64,000 nucleotides of DNA from Desulfomicrobium sp. Its GTDB lineage: Bacteria; Desulfobacterota; Desulfovibrionia; Desulfovibrionales; Desulfomicrobiaceae. Of this stretch, positions 9,861 through 20,225 are shown in pieces (positions within the stretch are counted from its first letter, which is position 1; the number at the start of each line of letters is the position of its first letter). Both the position numbers and the translations under genes were made by a program. Below the pieces are notes generated by a model. That model had not been told where the DNA came from and ran no database searches. It was given only the letters and a program-made list of their open reading frames with translations. The stretch covers positions 512,001-576,000 of the forward strand of contig JAXGMI010000002.1 in NCBI GenBank assembly GCA_040768745.1, in the 5' to 3' direction.

Positions 9861-10700
9861 TCACAACGCATAGGGTGTCAGACTGCGTACGCCCGTTTCC
9901 GTCACCAGCACGGTTTGCTCGAACTGGGCGGAAAGGGAACCATCGGCGGTGACTACGGTCCAACCGTCGTTCAGCCTTCTGGTTTGTGGACCGCCCTGAT
10001 TGATCATGGGTTCGATGGTGAAGACCATGCCCGGGACGAGCACGATGCCCATGCCCGGCCTCCCGGTATGGTTGACCTGGGGCTGCTCGTGGAAAGCGTG
10101 CCCCACTCCATGGCCCACCAGTTCCCGGACAACGGAATACCCTGCCCCTTCGGCATGCCGCTGGATGGCGTGCCCCACATCGCCCAGGGTCGCCCCGGGC
10201 CGGACGGCCTCGATGCCCAGGCTCAGACAGCGGCGCGCAGCATCCACAAGTTCCCTTGCCTCGCGAGAGACTTCACCGACCAGAAATGTACGATTGGCGT
10301 CGGCGAACCAGCCTTCGAGGATGCTCGTCACATCAACGTTGACAATGTCCCCTTCGCGGAGCTCGCGCGAACCGGGAATGCCGTGACAGATCTCCTCGTT
10401 GACGGAGATGCAGACGCTTTTGGGAAAACCGCGGTAGTCCAGCGGGGCGGGCCTGGCCCCATGATCCAGGGTATACGCATGCACCAGTCCGTTCAGGCTC
10501 TCGCCGGTCATGCCTGGCCTGATATGGGCTGCAACCATGTCCAGGGTGCGGACCACCAGTTCTCCTGCCCTGGCGATGCCCTCCACCTCCTCGTCGCTCT
10601 TGAGACGGATGCGGAATCGCTTCCAGTATTCCTCTGCCAGGGATACGGAGCGGATGCGGCGGGTCAGCTTGGCGTGGGCGTTTCTAAACAGCATGCTCAT
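9861..10700 (-). CDS. map: Methionine aminopeptidase type I
   Basis: GFPKSVCISVNEEICHGIP, NVDVT, D..RT, GHGVG..FHE.P, FTIEPMIN, SAQFEQT. Confidence 0.95.
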   Translation of the reverse strand: MSMLFRNAHAKLTRRIRSVSLAEEYWKRFRIRLKSDEEVEGIARAGELVVRTLDMVAAHIRPGMTGESLNGLVHAYTLDHGARPAPLDYRGFPKSVCISVNEEICHGIPGSRELREGDIVNVDVTSILEGWFADANRTFLVGEVSREARELVDAARRCLSLGIEAVRPGATLGDVGHAIQRHAEGAGYSVVRELVGHGVGHAFHEQPQVNHTGRPGMGIVLVPGMVFTIEPMINQGGPQTRRLNDGWTVVTADGSLSAQFEQTVLVTETGVRSLTPYAL

Positions 10701-10805
10701 CCTTGATGTTTTCCCCTTCTGCCCTGGAAGCGCCTGGCTGTCCAGCGCAGCAAAGCATTGCCTTCCCGGGTTCTTTGGGACATTGTGCCGAAAAAGGAGG
10801 CCACC

Positions 10806-11006
10806 ATGACAACCATCAAGATATCAGGCATGTCCTGTGAACACTGCACCGGATCTGTCACCAAGCTGCTGCAGTCCATACCCGGAATCTCCAATGTGTC
10901 GGTCACTCTGACTCCTGGCCAGGCCAGCTTCACTGCCGGACCTGAAGTCGATGTGGACAGCGTCAAGGATGCCATTCGCAAGATCGGTTTCGAGCCTGTA
11001 TCCTGA
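10806..11006 (+). CDS. CopZ-like heavy-metal-associated (HMA) protein
   Basis: GMSCEHC motif, 66 aa, AGGAGG RBS. Confidence 0.9.
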   Translation: MTTIKISGMSCEHCTGSVTKLLQSIPGISNVSVTLTPGQASFTAGPEVDVDSVKDAIRKIGFEPVS

Positions 11007-11500
11007 TGTTCGCCACGGCCCGCAAGATCCTCCTGCTCGTTCTGGGCATCCCCTTCGTCATGCTGGGCACGAGGTTTCTCCTTGACGCCGGGAAAAGCGC
11101 CTACGTGTATTGGTCCGCAGCATCGTGGTCCCCTCGAAGCGCGGAGCTGCTTGGGGTAGACCTCTTCTCCAGCGATGACCAGGCCCTGGGCAACCAGACT
11201 GTGGCCCGATACCGCTATGAATTCAGTGGCACGAGCTATGACGGCCTGTTTTCCTGCATCGGTGACGAATGCCCTGAAAACCTGCACGCCGACCTCAAAG
11301 CCGCGCAGCAGGAGAGCCGAACCGTGACAACCCTGGTCAACCCCGGCAGGCCGGACCAGTCCGTCCTGTTCCGGCATCTGCATGTGCCCCTGCTTCTGCT
11401 CAAGGTTGGAGCCGGTCTCTTTTGTTTTTTCACTGGCAGCGTGGCCGTCATCTTCGGGGTCTATCTGCTGCGAGGCAGGCCCGCCGGGGAAAAAGCATGA
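11006..11500 (+). CDS. Two-TM membrane protein, DUF3592-like
   Basis: TM - W..A - Y.YE..G..Y - VNP..P..SVL - TM pattern; TGATG coupling to the HMA gene. Confidence 0.65.
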   Translation: MFATARKILLLVLGIPFVMLGTRFLLDAGKSAYVYWSAASWSPRSAELLGVDLFSSDDQALGNQTVARYRYEFSGTSYDGLFSCIGDECPENLHADLKAAQQESRTVTTLVNPGRPDQSVLFRHLHVPLLLLKVGAGLFCFFTGSVAVIFGVYLLRGRPAGEKA

Positions 11501-11802
11501 TCCACGTCGTCGCCCGCATCCAACTCAAACCGGGCATGCTTCCTCCTTTTCTGCTCGAATTCCGGGAGCTTGCCGTCCTGGTGCGACAGGAGGCCGGCTG
11601 CATGGACTACTTTCCAGCCCGGGACGTGCGCACCGGAATGGAAACACAGGAATACAGCCTGGATGCCGTCACGATTTTCGAGAAATGGTCCGACAGAAGG
11701 GCGCTGGAGGCACATCTGCGCTCCGGGCACATGCGCAGCTTTCAGGACCGCATCAAAGATATGGTTCTCGACACCCGCCTGAGCATCATTGAAGAGATAT
11801 GA
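11497..11802 (+). CDS. ABM-family (putative quinol) monooxygenase
   Basis: VRQEAGC..Y, E.W....LEAH....HM; ATGA overlap. Confidence 0.85.
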   Translation: MIHVVARIQLKPGMLPPFLLEFRELAVLVRQEAGCMDYFPARDVRTGMETQEYSLDAVTIFEKWSDRRALEAHLRSGHMRSFQDRIKDMVLDTRLSIIEEI

Positions 11803-11868
11803 ACCTCGCGGCCGGCGCATCCTTCCGCAACGGATCACACCCTGGAACTGCTGACATCCCTCGCACGA

Positions 11869-12507
11869 TCAGCCGCGCTGTTCCAGGGCAAGCTTGGCCA
11901 GGGCATTGACCACCGAGGCGGCCAGACTCGATCCACCCTTGCGGCCTGCCACGGTGATGTAGGGAACCGCGTCCTGGGCCATGAGGAGTTCCTTGGATTC
12001 CACCGCGTTCACAAATCCCACAGGCATGCCGATGATGAGCTGCGGCGGCCTGGCCCCCTGTCCGATCCAGTCCAGAAGCCGCACCAGGGCTGTCGGCGCA
12101 TTGCCGATGACAAAAATATCCGCCCCGCCATGGGCCATGACCTCGTCAACGGCGGCCCACGCCCTGGTCACGCCCTCGGCCTTGGCCCGCTTGGCCACCC
12201 GGGCCTCGTTCATCAGACACCGGGCTGTGCACCCCAAAGGATCGAGCCGACGCCGGGGAATGCCGACCAGCGCCATGTGCGTGTCAGTGACGATGTCCGC
12301 CCCGGCCAGGAGCGCTGTCTTTCCTGCAAGAACGGCCTGGGGGTGAAAGCGGATATGGGTCAGAAGATCGAAATCCGCTGTGGCATGGATCATGCGTCGG
12401 GCAACAACCCACTCCTCAGCGGCGAAGGGCCTTGGTTCTGGCACTTCGGCATCAATGATGGCCATGGATCGGGACTCGATCTCTTCCGCCGGTACGTGTG
12501 TGTACAT
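11869..12507 (-). CDS. cbiC: Precorrin-8X methylmutase
   Basis: IE..S..II, R.IHATAD, IGNAPTAL, GMPVGFVNA.ESK, GRKGGS. Confidence 0.95.
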   Translation of the reverse strand: MYTHVPAEEIESRSMAIIDAEVPEPRPFAAEEWVVARRMIHATADFDLLTHIRFHPQAVLAGKTALLAGADIVTDTHMALVGIPRRRLDPLGCTARCLMNEARVAKRAKAEGVTRAWAAVDEVMAHGGADIFVIGNAPTALVRLLDWIGQGARPPQLIIGMPVGFVNAVESKELLMAQDAVPYITVAGRKGGSSLAASVVNALAKLALEQRG

Positions 12508-12548
12508 GAAGTTTCCTTATCACCCTGATTGGTTCAGGATGTATGTCA

Positions 12549-13226
12549 TCAGGGGAAAGAACGTTCGCTTTTGCCATTTTCAGAAGCTTCATGGATGGTC
12601 AGCACAACCACGCTGTCCTGTTCAAAAAACTTCTGATCGACATGGCCGAACAGCGTGTGCTCCACATCCAGCACGACTCTGGCCCGCTTATAGGGCTTGT
12701 CGTCGTGTCCCACGCGGATCCTGCGCACCAACCGGCCGTGGCATTCCACATCGCGTCTGAGGCCATTTTCAGGCAGCGTGCCATCGAAATCGCAGACCAC
12801 GCGTCCAGGGGGCACCCCGTCGAGCATGAAGAGGTCCGGGAGAACCGGACTGTCCAGGTAGATCGACACTTTTTCCTTCGCCTCGTGGACCTCGAATTCA
12901 ATGCGCACGATCCGTCCTTCACGAAAACGCAGACAGGAGGATTCCTGCTTCCGGTATACAGGAACCCGTACTCTGGCATTAGGGACCAGCGCCCCGGAAT
13001 GGGCAACGGCCGGGTTCAGTTGCGCAAAAGCACGGCGGGCATGGACATACTCCCGCATGGAGGTGATGCAGTTGTAACGGAGCAGAATGGCGCGGATGCT
13101 ATCCCCCGCAACAATGCGATGCTCCCTTGCGGCGGGCGTAGCCGGAGCCGCATGGAGGAGATCGCCCGAAAATTGCGGCAGTATGGCCCCGAGGACCAGG
13201 CAGACGAAGAACATCCTACACTTCAT
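12549..13226 (-). CDS. Exported LysM-like + AMIN-domain protein
   Basis: Signal peptide; HRIVAGDSIRAI...LNP...VRVP; GRVVCDF...VRRIRVG...RVVLDV. Confidence 0.65.
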   Translation of the reverse strand: MKCRMFFVCLVLGAILPQFSGDLLHAAPATPAAREHRIVAGDSIRAILLRYNCITSMREYVHARRAFAQLNPAVAHSGALVPNARVRVPVYRKQESSCLRFREGRIVRIEFEVHEAKEKVSIYLDSPVLPDLFMLDGVPPGRVVCDFDGTLPENGLRRDVECHGRLVRRIRVGHDDKPYKRARVVLDVEHTLFGHVDQKFFEQDSVVVLTIHEASENGKSERSFP

Positions 13227-13501
13227 GACGATATCTTCCTCGAGCGTGCTGAGATTTGGCGTGAATGTATCTGTAATCAAGAAGGATGAAAAAGAAAATC
13301 AATTCCATGCATCATTTTCAACCTGCAGGGGCAGGTGACCGCGCAACATGGGCTTGACCTCGGGGACTGGGCACGCCAAAAGGTTTGAAAATATGGTCGC
13401 AGCGACGGTCCAGACCGGAAAAAAATTCAAAAGGCCTCCCCGTGGCGGGCCAAGCCCGGACAGACCGTTCTGACGGAAGAGGACTGCGGCAAGGAGACAG
13501 C

Positions 13502-14194
13502 ATGAACACCCTGACCTGGCACGGCCACTCGGCCTTCGCCATAACATCCGGAAATAAAACAATCCTCATCGACCCCTGGTTCGACGGGAACCCCTCGGCC
13601 AAGGCCGCGGCGGCGAACATCGACGCCGACCTGGTCCTGGTCACCCACGACCATGGCGACCACGTCGGCCAGGCCCTGGACATCTGCAGGCGCACCGGGG
13701 CCACCCTGGGCTGCATCGTGGAGCTGGCGGCCAGGCTCAAGTCCCAGGGTCTGCCGGGCGATCAGGTCCTGAACGGCATCGGTTTCAACATCGGTGGCAC
13801 CGTGATCCATCAGGGCATCTCGGTGACCATGACCCAGGCCCACCACTCCTGCGAAGCCGGCGTGCCCGTGGGCTTCATCGTCCGGCTGGAGGACGGCTAC
13901 ACGGTCTACCACTCCGGGGACACGGGCATTTTCTCGTCCATGGCCCTGTGGGGTAAGCTGCACAGGATCGACCTGGCCCTGCTGCCCATCGGCGGCGTCT
14001 TCACCATGGACGCGGCCCAGGCGGCCATGGCGACCATGATGCTCAGATGCAGGAAGGTCATCCCCATGCACTGGGGCACCTTCCCGGCCCTGGCCCAGAA
14101 CGTGGACGCCTTCAAAAAGGAGCTGGACAAGCTGGAGCTGGGCGACGCGTTGATAAAGGCCGAGGTCGGCGTGCCCGTCGGGCTGGTGCGCTGA
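13502..14194 (+). CDS. Metallo-beta-lactamase-fold metal-dependent hydrolase (UPF0173-like)
   Basis: WHGHSAF, IDPW, THDHGDH, YHSGDT, LLPIGG.FTM, PMHWGTF; AAGGAG RBS. Confidence 0.9.
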   Translation: MNTLTWHGHSAFAITSGNKTILIDPWFDGNPSAKAAAANIDADLVLVTHDHGDHVGQALDICRRTGATLGCIVELAARLKSQGLPGDQVLNGIGFNIGGTVIHQGISVTMTQAHHSCEAGVPVGFIVRLEDGYTVYHSGDTGIFSSMALWGKLHRIDLALLPIGGVFTMDAAQAAMATMMLRCRKVIPMHWGTFPALAQNVDAFKKELDKLELGDALIKAEVGVPVGLVR

Positions 14195-14320
14195 CAGGCC
14201 GCCCCAAAACGGTGATCTGCTGCGTCAGCGAAAAAAGCCAGGACGCGCAGTGTATTTTCGCATACATAAGCGGTCTGGCTTTTTTCGCTTCCTTGCATCT
14301 CACCATTTTGGAACGGCCTG
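14195..14320. repeat. ~126-bp imperfect palindrome, ERIC/MITE-like intergenic element
   Basis: Left arm CAGGCCGCCCCAAAACGGTGA...AGCGAAAAAAGCCAG is complementary to right arm CTGGCTTTTTTCGCT...TCACCATTTTGGAACGGCCTG. Confidence 0.75.
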
Positions 14321-14416
14321 CACATTTGGTGTTTTTTAACAGCCAGCCCTAAGACTTCACGACGCCCGGCCGGAAGCCGGTCCCGTGAAGACGGGGTGCC
14401 ATGCGGCGCAACAGAC

Positions 14417-14446
14417 AAGGCCCGGTCGATCGTTCGGCCGGGCCTT
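14417..14446 (-). terminator. Hairpin immediately downstream of trpB
   Basis: AAGGCCCGGTCGA-TCGT-TCGGCCGGGCCTT; weak U-tail. Confidence 0.55.
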
Positions 14447-14454
14447 CCTTCGTG

Positions 14455-15663
<1,209 letters not shown>

Positions 15664-15686
15664 GAGTGCCTCCTTGGGGTTTTTTG

Positions 15687-15721
15687 AAAAAAAAAACCGC
15701 GGTCAGTGTGCACTGCCGCGG
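15687..15721 (-). terminator. Attenuator terminator in the trpB leader
   Basis: Minus strand CCGCGGCAGT-GCAC-ACTGACCGCGG followed by ten T, ending 23 nt before the trpB ATG. Confidence 0.9.
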
Positions 15722-15749
15722 CTGGTATTCGCTTATCCTCTGGCGGATT

Positions 15750-15827
15750 TCAGGCCAACACGCATCCCACGGCATGTATTCCATGCCGCCACCAAAGAAG
15801 GGAAACGCTGCTGGCCGTGATTTTCAT
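15750..15827 (-). CDS. trpL: Trp leader peptide MKITASSVSLLWWRHGIHAVGCVLA
   Basis: 25-aa ORF with tandem TGG TGG codons (15789-15794), upstream of a terminator and trpB. Confidence 0.85.
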   Translation of the reverse strand: MKITASSVSLLWWRHGIHAVGCVLA

Positions 15828-15831
15828 GGAA

Positions 15832-15864
15832 ATTTTACTGCCCCATGCATTCCGCGTTTGTCAA
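15832..15864 (-). promoter_or_regulatory. Candidate sigma70 promoter elements for trpL-trpB
   Basis: TTGACA (15859-15864) and TAAAAT (15832-15837); the 21-nt spacing is non-canonical, so the pairing is uncertain. Confidence 0.4.
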
Positions 15865-15916
15865 GCGGGGGGGCTTGGGATAGAGAATGGCGGCGTGAAC
15901 ACGCAGGACGGATCCC

Positions 15917-16217
15917 ATGATCACCAAGAGCAACGACACCACCTGGCAGGACCTCATCCTCCGCATCCGGGTAGCACCCTGGTCCATGGGAACAAGACCC
16001 TCATGACCCCTTTCGAGTCGCAGAAAAGGTCCTTTCTGCCACTTCCCAGCCACATTCACGATCAGACCGCCTGCCTGGTCTCCGACCTGGTGACTACGAC
16101 CATCATGGCGCCGAGCACCACGCGGACCATCGAGACGACTGGCCCAACGCGCCAGGCCAAGTGTACTGCGCCGTCATCCATGCAGGGGTTTTCTCGCCGG
16201 AGCGCGAGGACTGCCTG
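15917..16217 (+). pseudogene. Frameshifted small cupin-domain gene
   Basis: Three frames join as MITKSND..W.DLI / TLVHGNKTLMT.F..QK.S.LPL.SHIHDQT..LVS / VFSPEREDCL, matching the small-cupin pattern. Confidence 0.7.
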
Positions 16218-16292
16218 GCAGATCAGCAGGCCCGGGAAGTGCACGGATATTCCAGGCATCGACACATCCGGTTCCGGACGAGAAAAGGCTGC

Positions 16293-17207
16293 ATGAGCGG
16301 CCGCGACGCATTTTCCCGCACCGTTACGGTGGAAGAGGCCGGCACCGCCTGCGACCTGCTGGCCAGGCTGACGGGTTTGCCCAAGGCACGGGTGAAGGAC
16401 TGCATGACCAAGGGTGGGGTGTGGTGGAGCCGGAACGGACGATCCACATGTCGGCTGCGGCGTGCCACATCGGTGGCACAACCCGGGGACAGTCTGGAAA
16501 TCAATTATGACCCGGCCCTCCTGGCCCTGCGCCCTGCACCTCCCACGCTCATTGCCGACATGCATCTGTATTCAATCTGGGACAAACCGGCAGGTGTCCT
16601 GGCCCAGGGCACCCGCTTCGCCGACCACTGCGGCCTGCCGCGCCTGGCCCAGTCCATTCTCGGGATGAAAACGGAGCCCCACCCTGTGCACCGCCTGGAT
16701 CGTGAGGCATGCGGCCTCATGCTCCTGGCTCATGACAACAGGTCTGCTTCAACGCTGGGGCGCCTCTTCCGCCAAGGGGCAGTGGAGAAGAAGTACGCTG
16801 TCGTTGTGGCCGGAATTCCTGACTGGTCAGAAATTGCGGTCGACCTCCCCCTGGACGGGCAGGGCTGCCTGTCCCACTTCACTGTGCTGGAAACGGATCT
16901 CGAGTCCAACAGCTCCCTGATTTCCGCCTGCATCCGAACAGGACGAAGACACCAGATCCGCCGCCATCTGGACAGGATCGGCTTTCCCGTCCTGGGAGAC
17001 CCTCGCTATGGCCAGGGCAATAGCTGCCCGAACGGTCTGCAACTCACGGCGGTCAGCCTTGGTTTCCCCTGTCCATTCACCCACACATGGCAGAGCTGGT
17101 CTTTACCGATCACCAGATTTCCGATTCCCGCCGGGCCCAAACGAAGATCCAACCAGGCTGATTCTCCCACACTTCGCCTTCTCCAGTTCCGGAAAGATCG
17201 GACTTGA
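16293..17207 (+). CDS. RluA/C/D-family pseudouridine synthase
   Basis: KPAG, HRLD, TGRRHQIRRHL, PVLGDPRYG. Confidence 0.9.
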   Translation: MSGRDAFSRTVTVEEAGTACDLLARLTGLPKARVKDCMTKGGVWWSRNGRSTCRLRRATSVAQPGDSLEINYDPALLALRPAPPTLIADMHLYSIWDKPAGVLAQGTRFADHCGLPRLAQSILGMKTEPHPVHRLDREACGLMLLAHDNRSASTLGRLFRQGAVEKKYAVVVAGIPDWSEIAVDLPLDGQGCLSHFTVLETDLESNSSLISACIRTGRRHQIRRHLDRIGFPVLGDPRYGQGNSCPNGLQLTAVSLGFPCPFTHTWQSWSLPITRFPIPAGPKRRSNQADSPTLRLLQFRKDRT

Positions 17208-17385
17208 ATCAAATCGAACGGAGTTTTTTTGTTCTTCCCATTGCGAAACAGCAAACAACGAGTTATATGAATAATAAATAAGTACCCCTTACAGGGCCTT
17301 GCCCATCTGCTTCAACCCTGTCGCATATCCCTCCTGGCGCCCTGGACGGACAATACCCACTCCCTTTTCGGGAAAAGGAGGTCGC

Positions 17386-17772
17386 ATGACGAAACAGATG
17401 TCCTTCAAAGCACAGCAACGAGAGGTGGAGGCCCGCTACAGGACCCAAATTGACTCTGCGGAATCCACAGAAGATGTGCGGAAGTTTTTTGAACGCACTG
17501 CTGTAAATTTTTTGCATCGTGCGGTCGGAGAGCAGGTCGATGTGCAGCCCGATGATGTATCCTTTGAACCGGACGCGGAACCGGGGTACGCACTGAGTGA
17601 CCGCTTGCTGAAAAACGAGGCCTTTTCAGCCTTGTGGGAGGAGTCGGATCTGCCTCAAATTCTGACTCTGTTGTCTGAGCGGGCCCTGAATCGATACAAG
17701 TATTTGGCCCGCAAGCATCCGGACAAGACGGAAATGAAGATTTTCCAGGTTTCCGGCCCCCGCCGGTATTGA
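17386..17772 (+). CDS. Hypothetical protein
   Basis: AAGGAGG RBS, 128-aa helical-looking ORF; probably co-transcribed with the usp gene. Confidence 0.75.
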   Translation: MTKQMSFKAQQREVEARYRTQIDSAESTEDVRKFFERTAVNFLHRAVGEQVDVQPDDVSFEPDAEPGYALSDRLLKNEAFSALWEESDLPQILTLLSERALNRYKYLARKHPDKTEMKIFQVSGPRRY

Positions 17773-17826
17773 TCCCTCAAAACCTTGTTGAAATGGACAT
17801 CAAAGACAACTTAAAAGGAGGACAAA

Positions 17827-18249
17827 ATGAAAATCTTGGCAGCGGTTGATCAATCGGAATACGCTGGCATTGTGCTCCAGAAAGCCGCAGAACTCTCCTC
17901 CAAGTATGGAGCGGAAGTGACTGCCCTGACTGTGACCAACCTTGCCTTCACGAACCTCTATATTGGGGAGACACCCACAGAGATAGTCAGTAAGGTCCGT
18001 GAGGGGATAAAGGAGAAGGTCAAGGACATCGAAGCAAAAGCCAGGGGGATTGACGGGAAAATCAAGTTCGAGGTGGAAGAAAGCGCTTCCCCTGCTGACG
18101 CCATCGTCAAATATGCGGAAAAGAATGGGATCGACCTCATTGTCATCGGCAACAAAGGTGCCGGCGCAATTGAACGCTTCCTCATCGGCAGCGTGTCCAG
18201 CCAGGTCGTGACCCATGCCCCATGCTCTGTGCTGGTCGTCAAAAAGTAG
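17827..18249 (+). CDS. Universal stress protein
   Basis: KILAAVD.S, PADAIV.YA, DLIVIG..G, LIGSVS..VV.HAPCSVLVV. Confidence 0.95.
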   Translation: MKILAAVDQSEYAGIVLQKAAELSSKYGAEVTALTVTNLAFTNLYIGETPTEIVSKVREGIKEKVKDIEAKARGIDGKIKFEVEESASPADAIVKYAEKNGIDLIVIGNKGAGAIERFLIGSVSSQVVTHAPCSVLVVKK

Positions 18250-18268
18250 CTTTCTGTGAAATTGCTGC

Positions 18269-18306
18269 GCATCAAAAAGCCCGGTTCACACCGGGTTTTT
18301 TGATGC
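18269..18306. terminator. Bidirectional terminator between usp and dxs
   Basis: GCATCAAAAAGCCCGGT-TCAC-ACCGGGTTTTTTGATGC; overlaps the dxs stop. Confidence 0.85.
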
Positions 18307-20217
18307 ATGACCCCCAGAGAGACTGTGTAAGGCCTGAAGGATCCCATCCCGGTTCAATCCCAGCCTGGCTCGCAATTCCTTCTGACTGCCATGCTCGACG
18401 AAAATATCCGGGACCCCGAGACGCTTGAAGCGCAGTTTGGCCAGAGCATCACGGTCGGCCAAGAGCTCCAGAACGGCAGAACCGAACCCTCCTTGCAGGA
18501 CGTTCTCTTCCACCACGAGCATGCATGGCTGCGTGGATGCCAAGGCCAGAAGCTGTTCTTCAGGTAACGGTTTAACAAAGCGGGCGTTGAATACCGCCAC
18601 ATCCCGTCCGGTTTCTGCATGAAACAGCCGGGCAGCCTCCAGGGCTGGATTAACCCGGCTGCCCAGAGCCACGATGACCCCGTCAGATCCATCCCTGAGC
18701 AGTTCCCCCTGTCCCACGGGCAGAATTTCAGGACAGTCCGCCAGGGGTGCGCCTTCGCCCAGACCCCTCGGATACCGCAGGGCCACGGGACCTTCATGGG
18801 CCATGGCCGTGGCCAGCATATTCTGCAGTTCCGGTTCGTTGCGCGGGGCCATGATCATCAGGTTCGGAATATGGCGCAGATAGGAAAGGTCGAATACGCC
18901 GTGGTGGGTGGCCCCGTCTTCGCCCACCAGGCCGCCCCTGTCCAGACACAGTGTGACGCTGAGGTTCTGCAAGCAGACGTCATGTACGACCTGGTCGTAT
19001 GAGCGCTGCATGAATGTAGAGTACACGGCCACCACAGGCTTCATTCCCTGGGAGGCAAGACCGGCTGCAAAGGTCACGGCGTGCTGTTCGCAGATACCCA
19101 CGTCGAAAAACCGATCCGGAAATCGTTCGGAAAAACAGGTCAGCCCCGTGCCTTCGGGCATGGCCGCTGTGATGGCCACGATCCGCTCATCCTTTTCAGC
19201 CAACGTGCAGAGGGTGCTCCCGAATACCTCGGTGAACGTGGGAAGCGAGCAGGCCGCGAACTTTCTGGCAATGCCTGTCTCGGGCTCAAAGCAGCCCACG
19301 CCGTGGAAGTAGGTCGGGTTGGTCTCGGCCGGCTCATATCCCTTCCCCTTCTTGGTCAGAACATGAATGAGAATGGGGCCTTCCAGCTCCCTGGCCTGTT
19401 CGAACACATTGGTCAGCAAGCGCAGATCGTGACCTTTGATGGGGCCGATATAGGTGAAGCGAAAGGCCTCGAAGAGCATGCCCGGCGTGAAAAAACTTTT
19501 GAGTGAATCCTCGCTGCGGCGCGCGTAGTCGGCAATGTCGTCCCCGATCTTGGGGATCTGGCGCATGATGGCCTCAGCCTCCTTCTTGAATCGCTGCACC
19601 CAGCGCTTGGACAGCTTGCGGCTGAGAAATGAGGAAAGAGCCCCGACATTGCGGGATATGGACATCTCATTGTCGTTCAGGACCACGATCAGATCCTTGC
19701 CCAGACCACCGGCCTGATTAAGACCTTCGTAGGCCAGACCGGCAGTCATGGAACCGTCGCCGATGACGGCGACGACGTTGTGGCTCTGGTTGGCGAGGTC
19801 CCTGGCCGCAGCCATGCCCAGGGCAGCGGAAATGGACGTGGAGGAATGACCTACCCCGAAATGGTCGAAAGGGCTTTCCGAAGGGCGCGGAAATCCGCTG
19901 ATGCCGTCCAGCTTCCGCAAGGTGTGAAACCGTTCCAGCCTGCCGGTCAGAAGTTTGTACGCATAGGCCTGGTGCCCCACGTCCCAGACAATGCGATCCC
20001 GGGCCGGATTGAAGACGCGGAGCAAAGCCATGGTCAGTTCAACCACCCCCAGAGAGGGCGCAAGATGTCCACCTGTGGTGGACACGGTCTGAATGATCAT
20101 GCGGCGGATTTCTTCACCCAACCTTGTCAGTTCCTTTTCATTCATGGTCTGCACATCGGAGGGATGCTCAATGGCAGCCAGCATGGGAAAAAGTTCCTGC
20201 AGGGTTTGAAGAGTCAT
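18286..20217 (-). CDS. dxs: 1-deoxy-D-xylulose-5-phosphate synthase
   Basis: [25 protein letters not shown]...[22 protein letters not shown]. Confidence 0.97.
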   Translation of the reverse strand: MTLQTLQELFPMLAAIEHPSDVQTMNEKELTRLGEEIRRMIIQTVSTTGGHLAPSLGVVELTMALLRVFNPARDRIVWDVGHQAYAYKLLTGRLERFHTLRKLDGISGFPRPSESPFDHFGVGHSSTSISAALGMAAARDLANQSHNVVAVIGDGSMTAGLAYEGLNQAGGLGKDLIVVLNDNEMSISRNVGALSSFLSRKLSKRWVQRFKKEAEAIMRQIPKIGDDIADYARRSEDSLKSFFTPGMLFEAFRFTYIGPIKGHDLRLLTNVFEQARELEGPILIHVLTKKGKGYEPAETNPTYFHGVGCFEPETGIARKFAACSLPTFTEVFGSTLCTLAEKDERIVAITAAMPEGTGLTCFSERFPDRFFDVGICEQHAVTFAAGLASQGMKPVVAVYSTFMQRSYDQVVHDVCLQNLSVTLCLDRGGLVGEDGATHHGVFDLSYLRHIPNLMIMAPRNEPELQNMLATAMAHEGPVALRYPRGLGEGAPLADCPEILPVGQGELLRDGSDGVIVALGSRVNPALEAARLFHAETGRDVAVFNARFVKPLPEEQLLALASTQPCMLVVEENVLQGGFGSAVLELLADRDALAKLRFKRLGVPDIFVEHGSQKELRARLGLNRDGILQALHSLSGGHASKNPV

Positions 20218-20225
20218 TGATGCTC

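Noticed and set aside
16161..16292. N-terminal extension of the RluA-family ORF
   Set aside because: Better explained as the tail of the cupin pseudogene.
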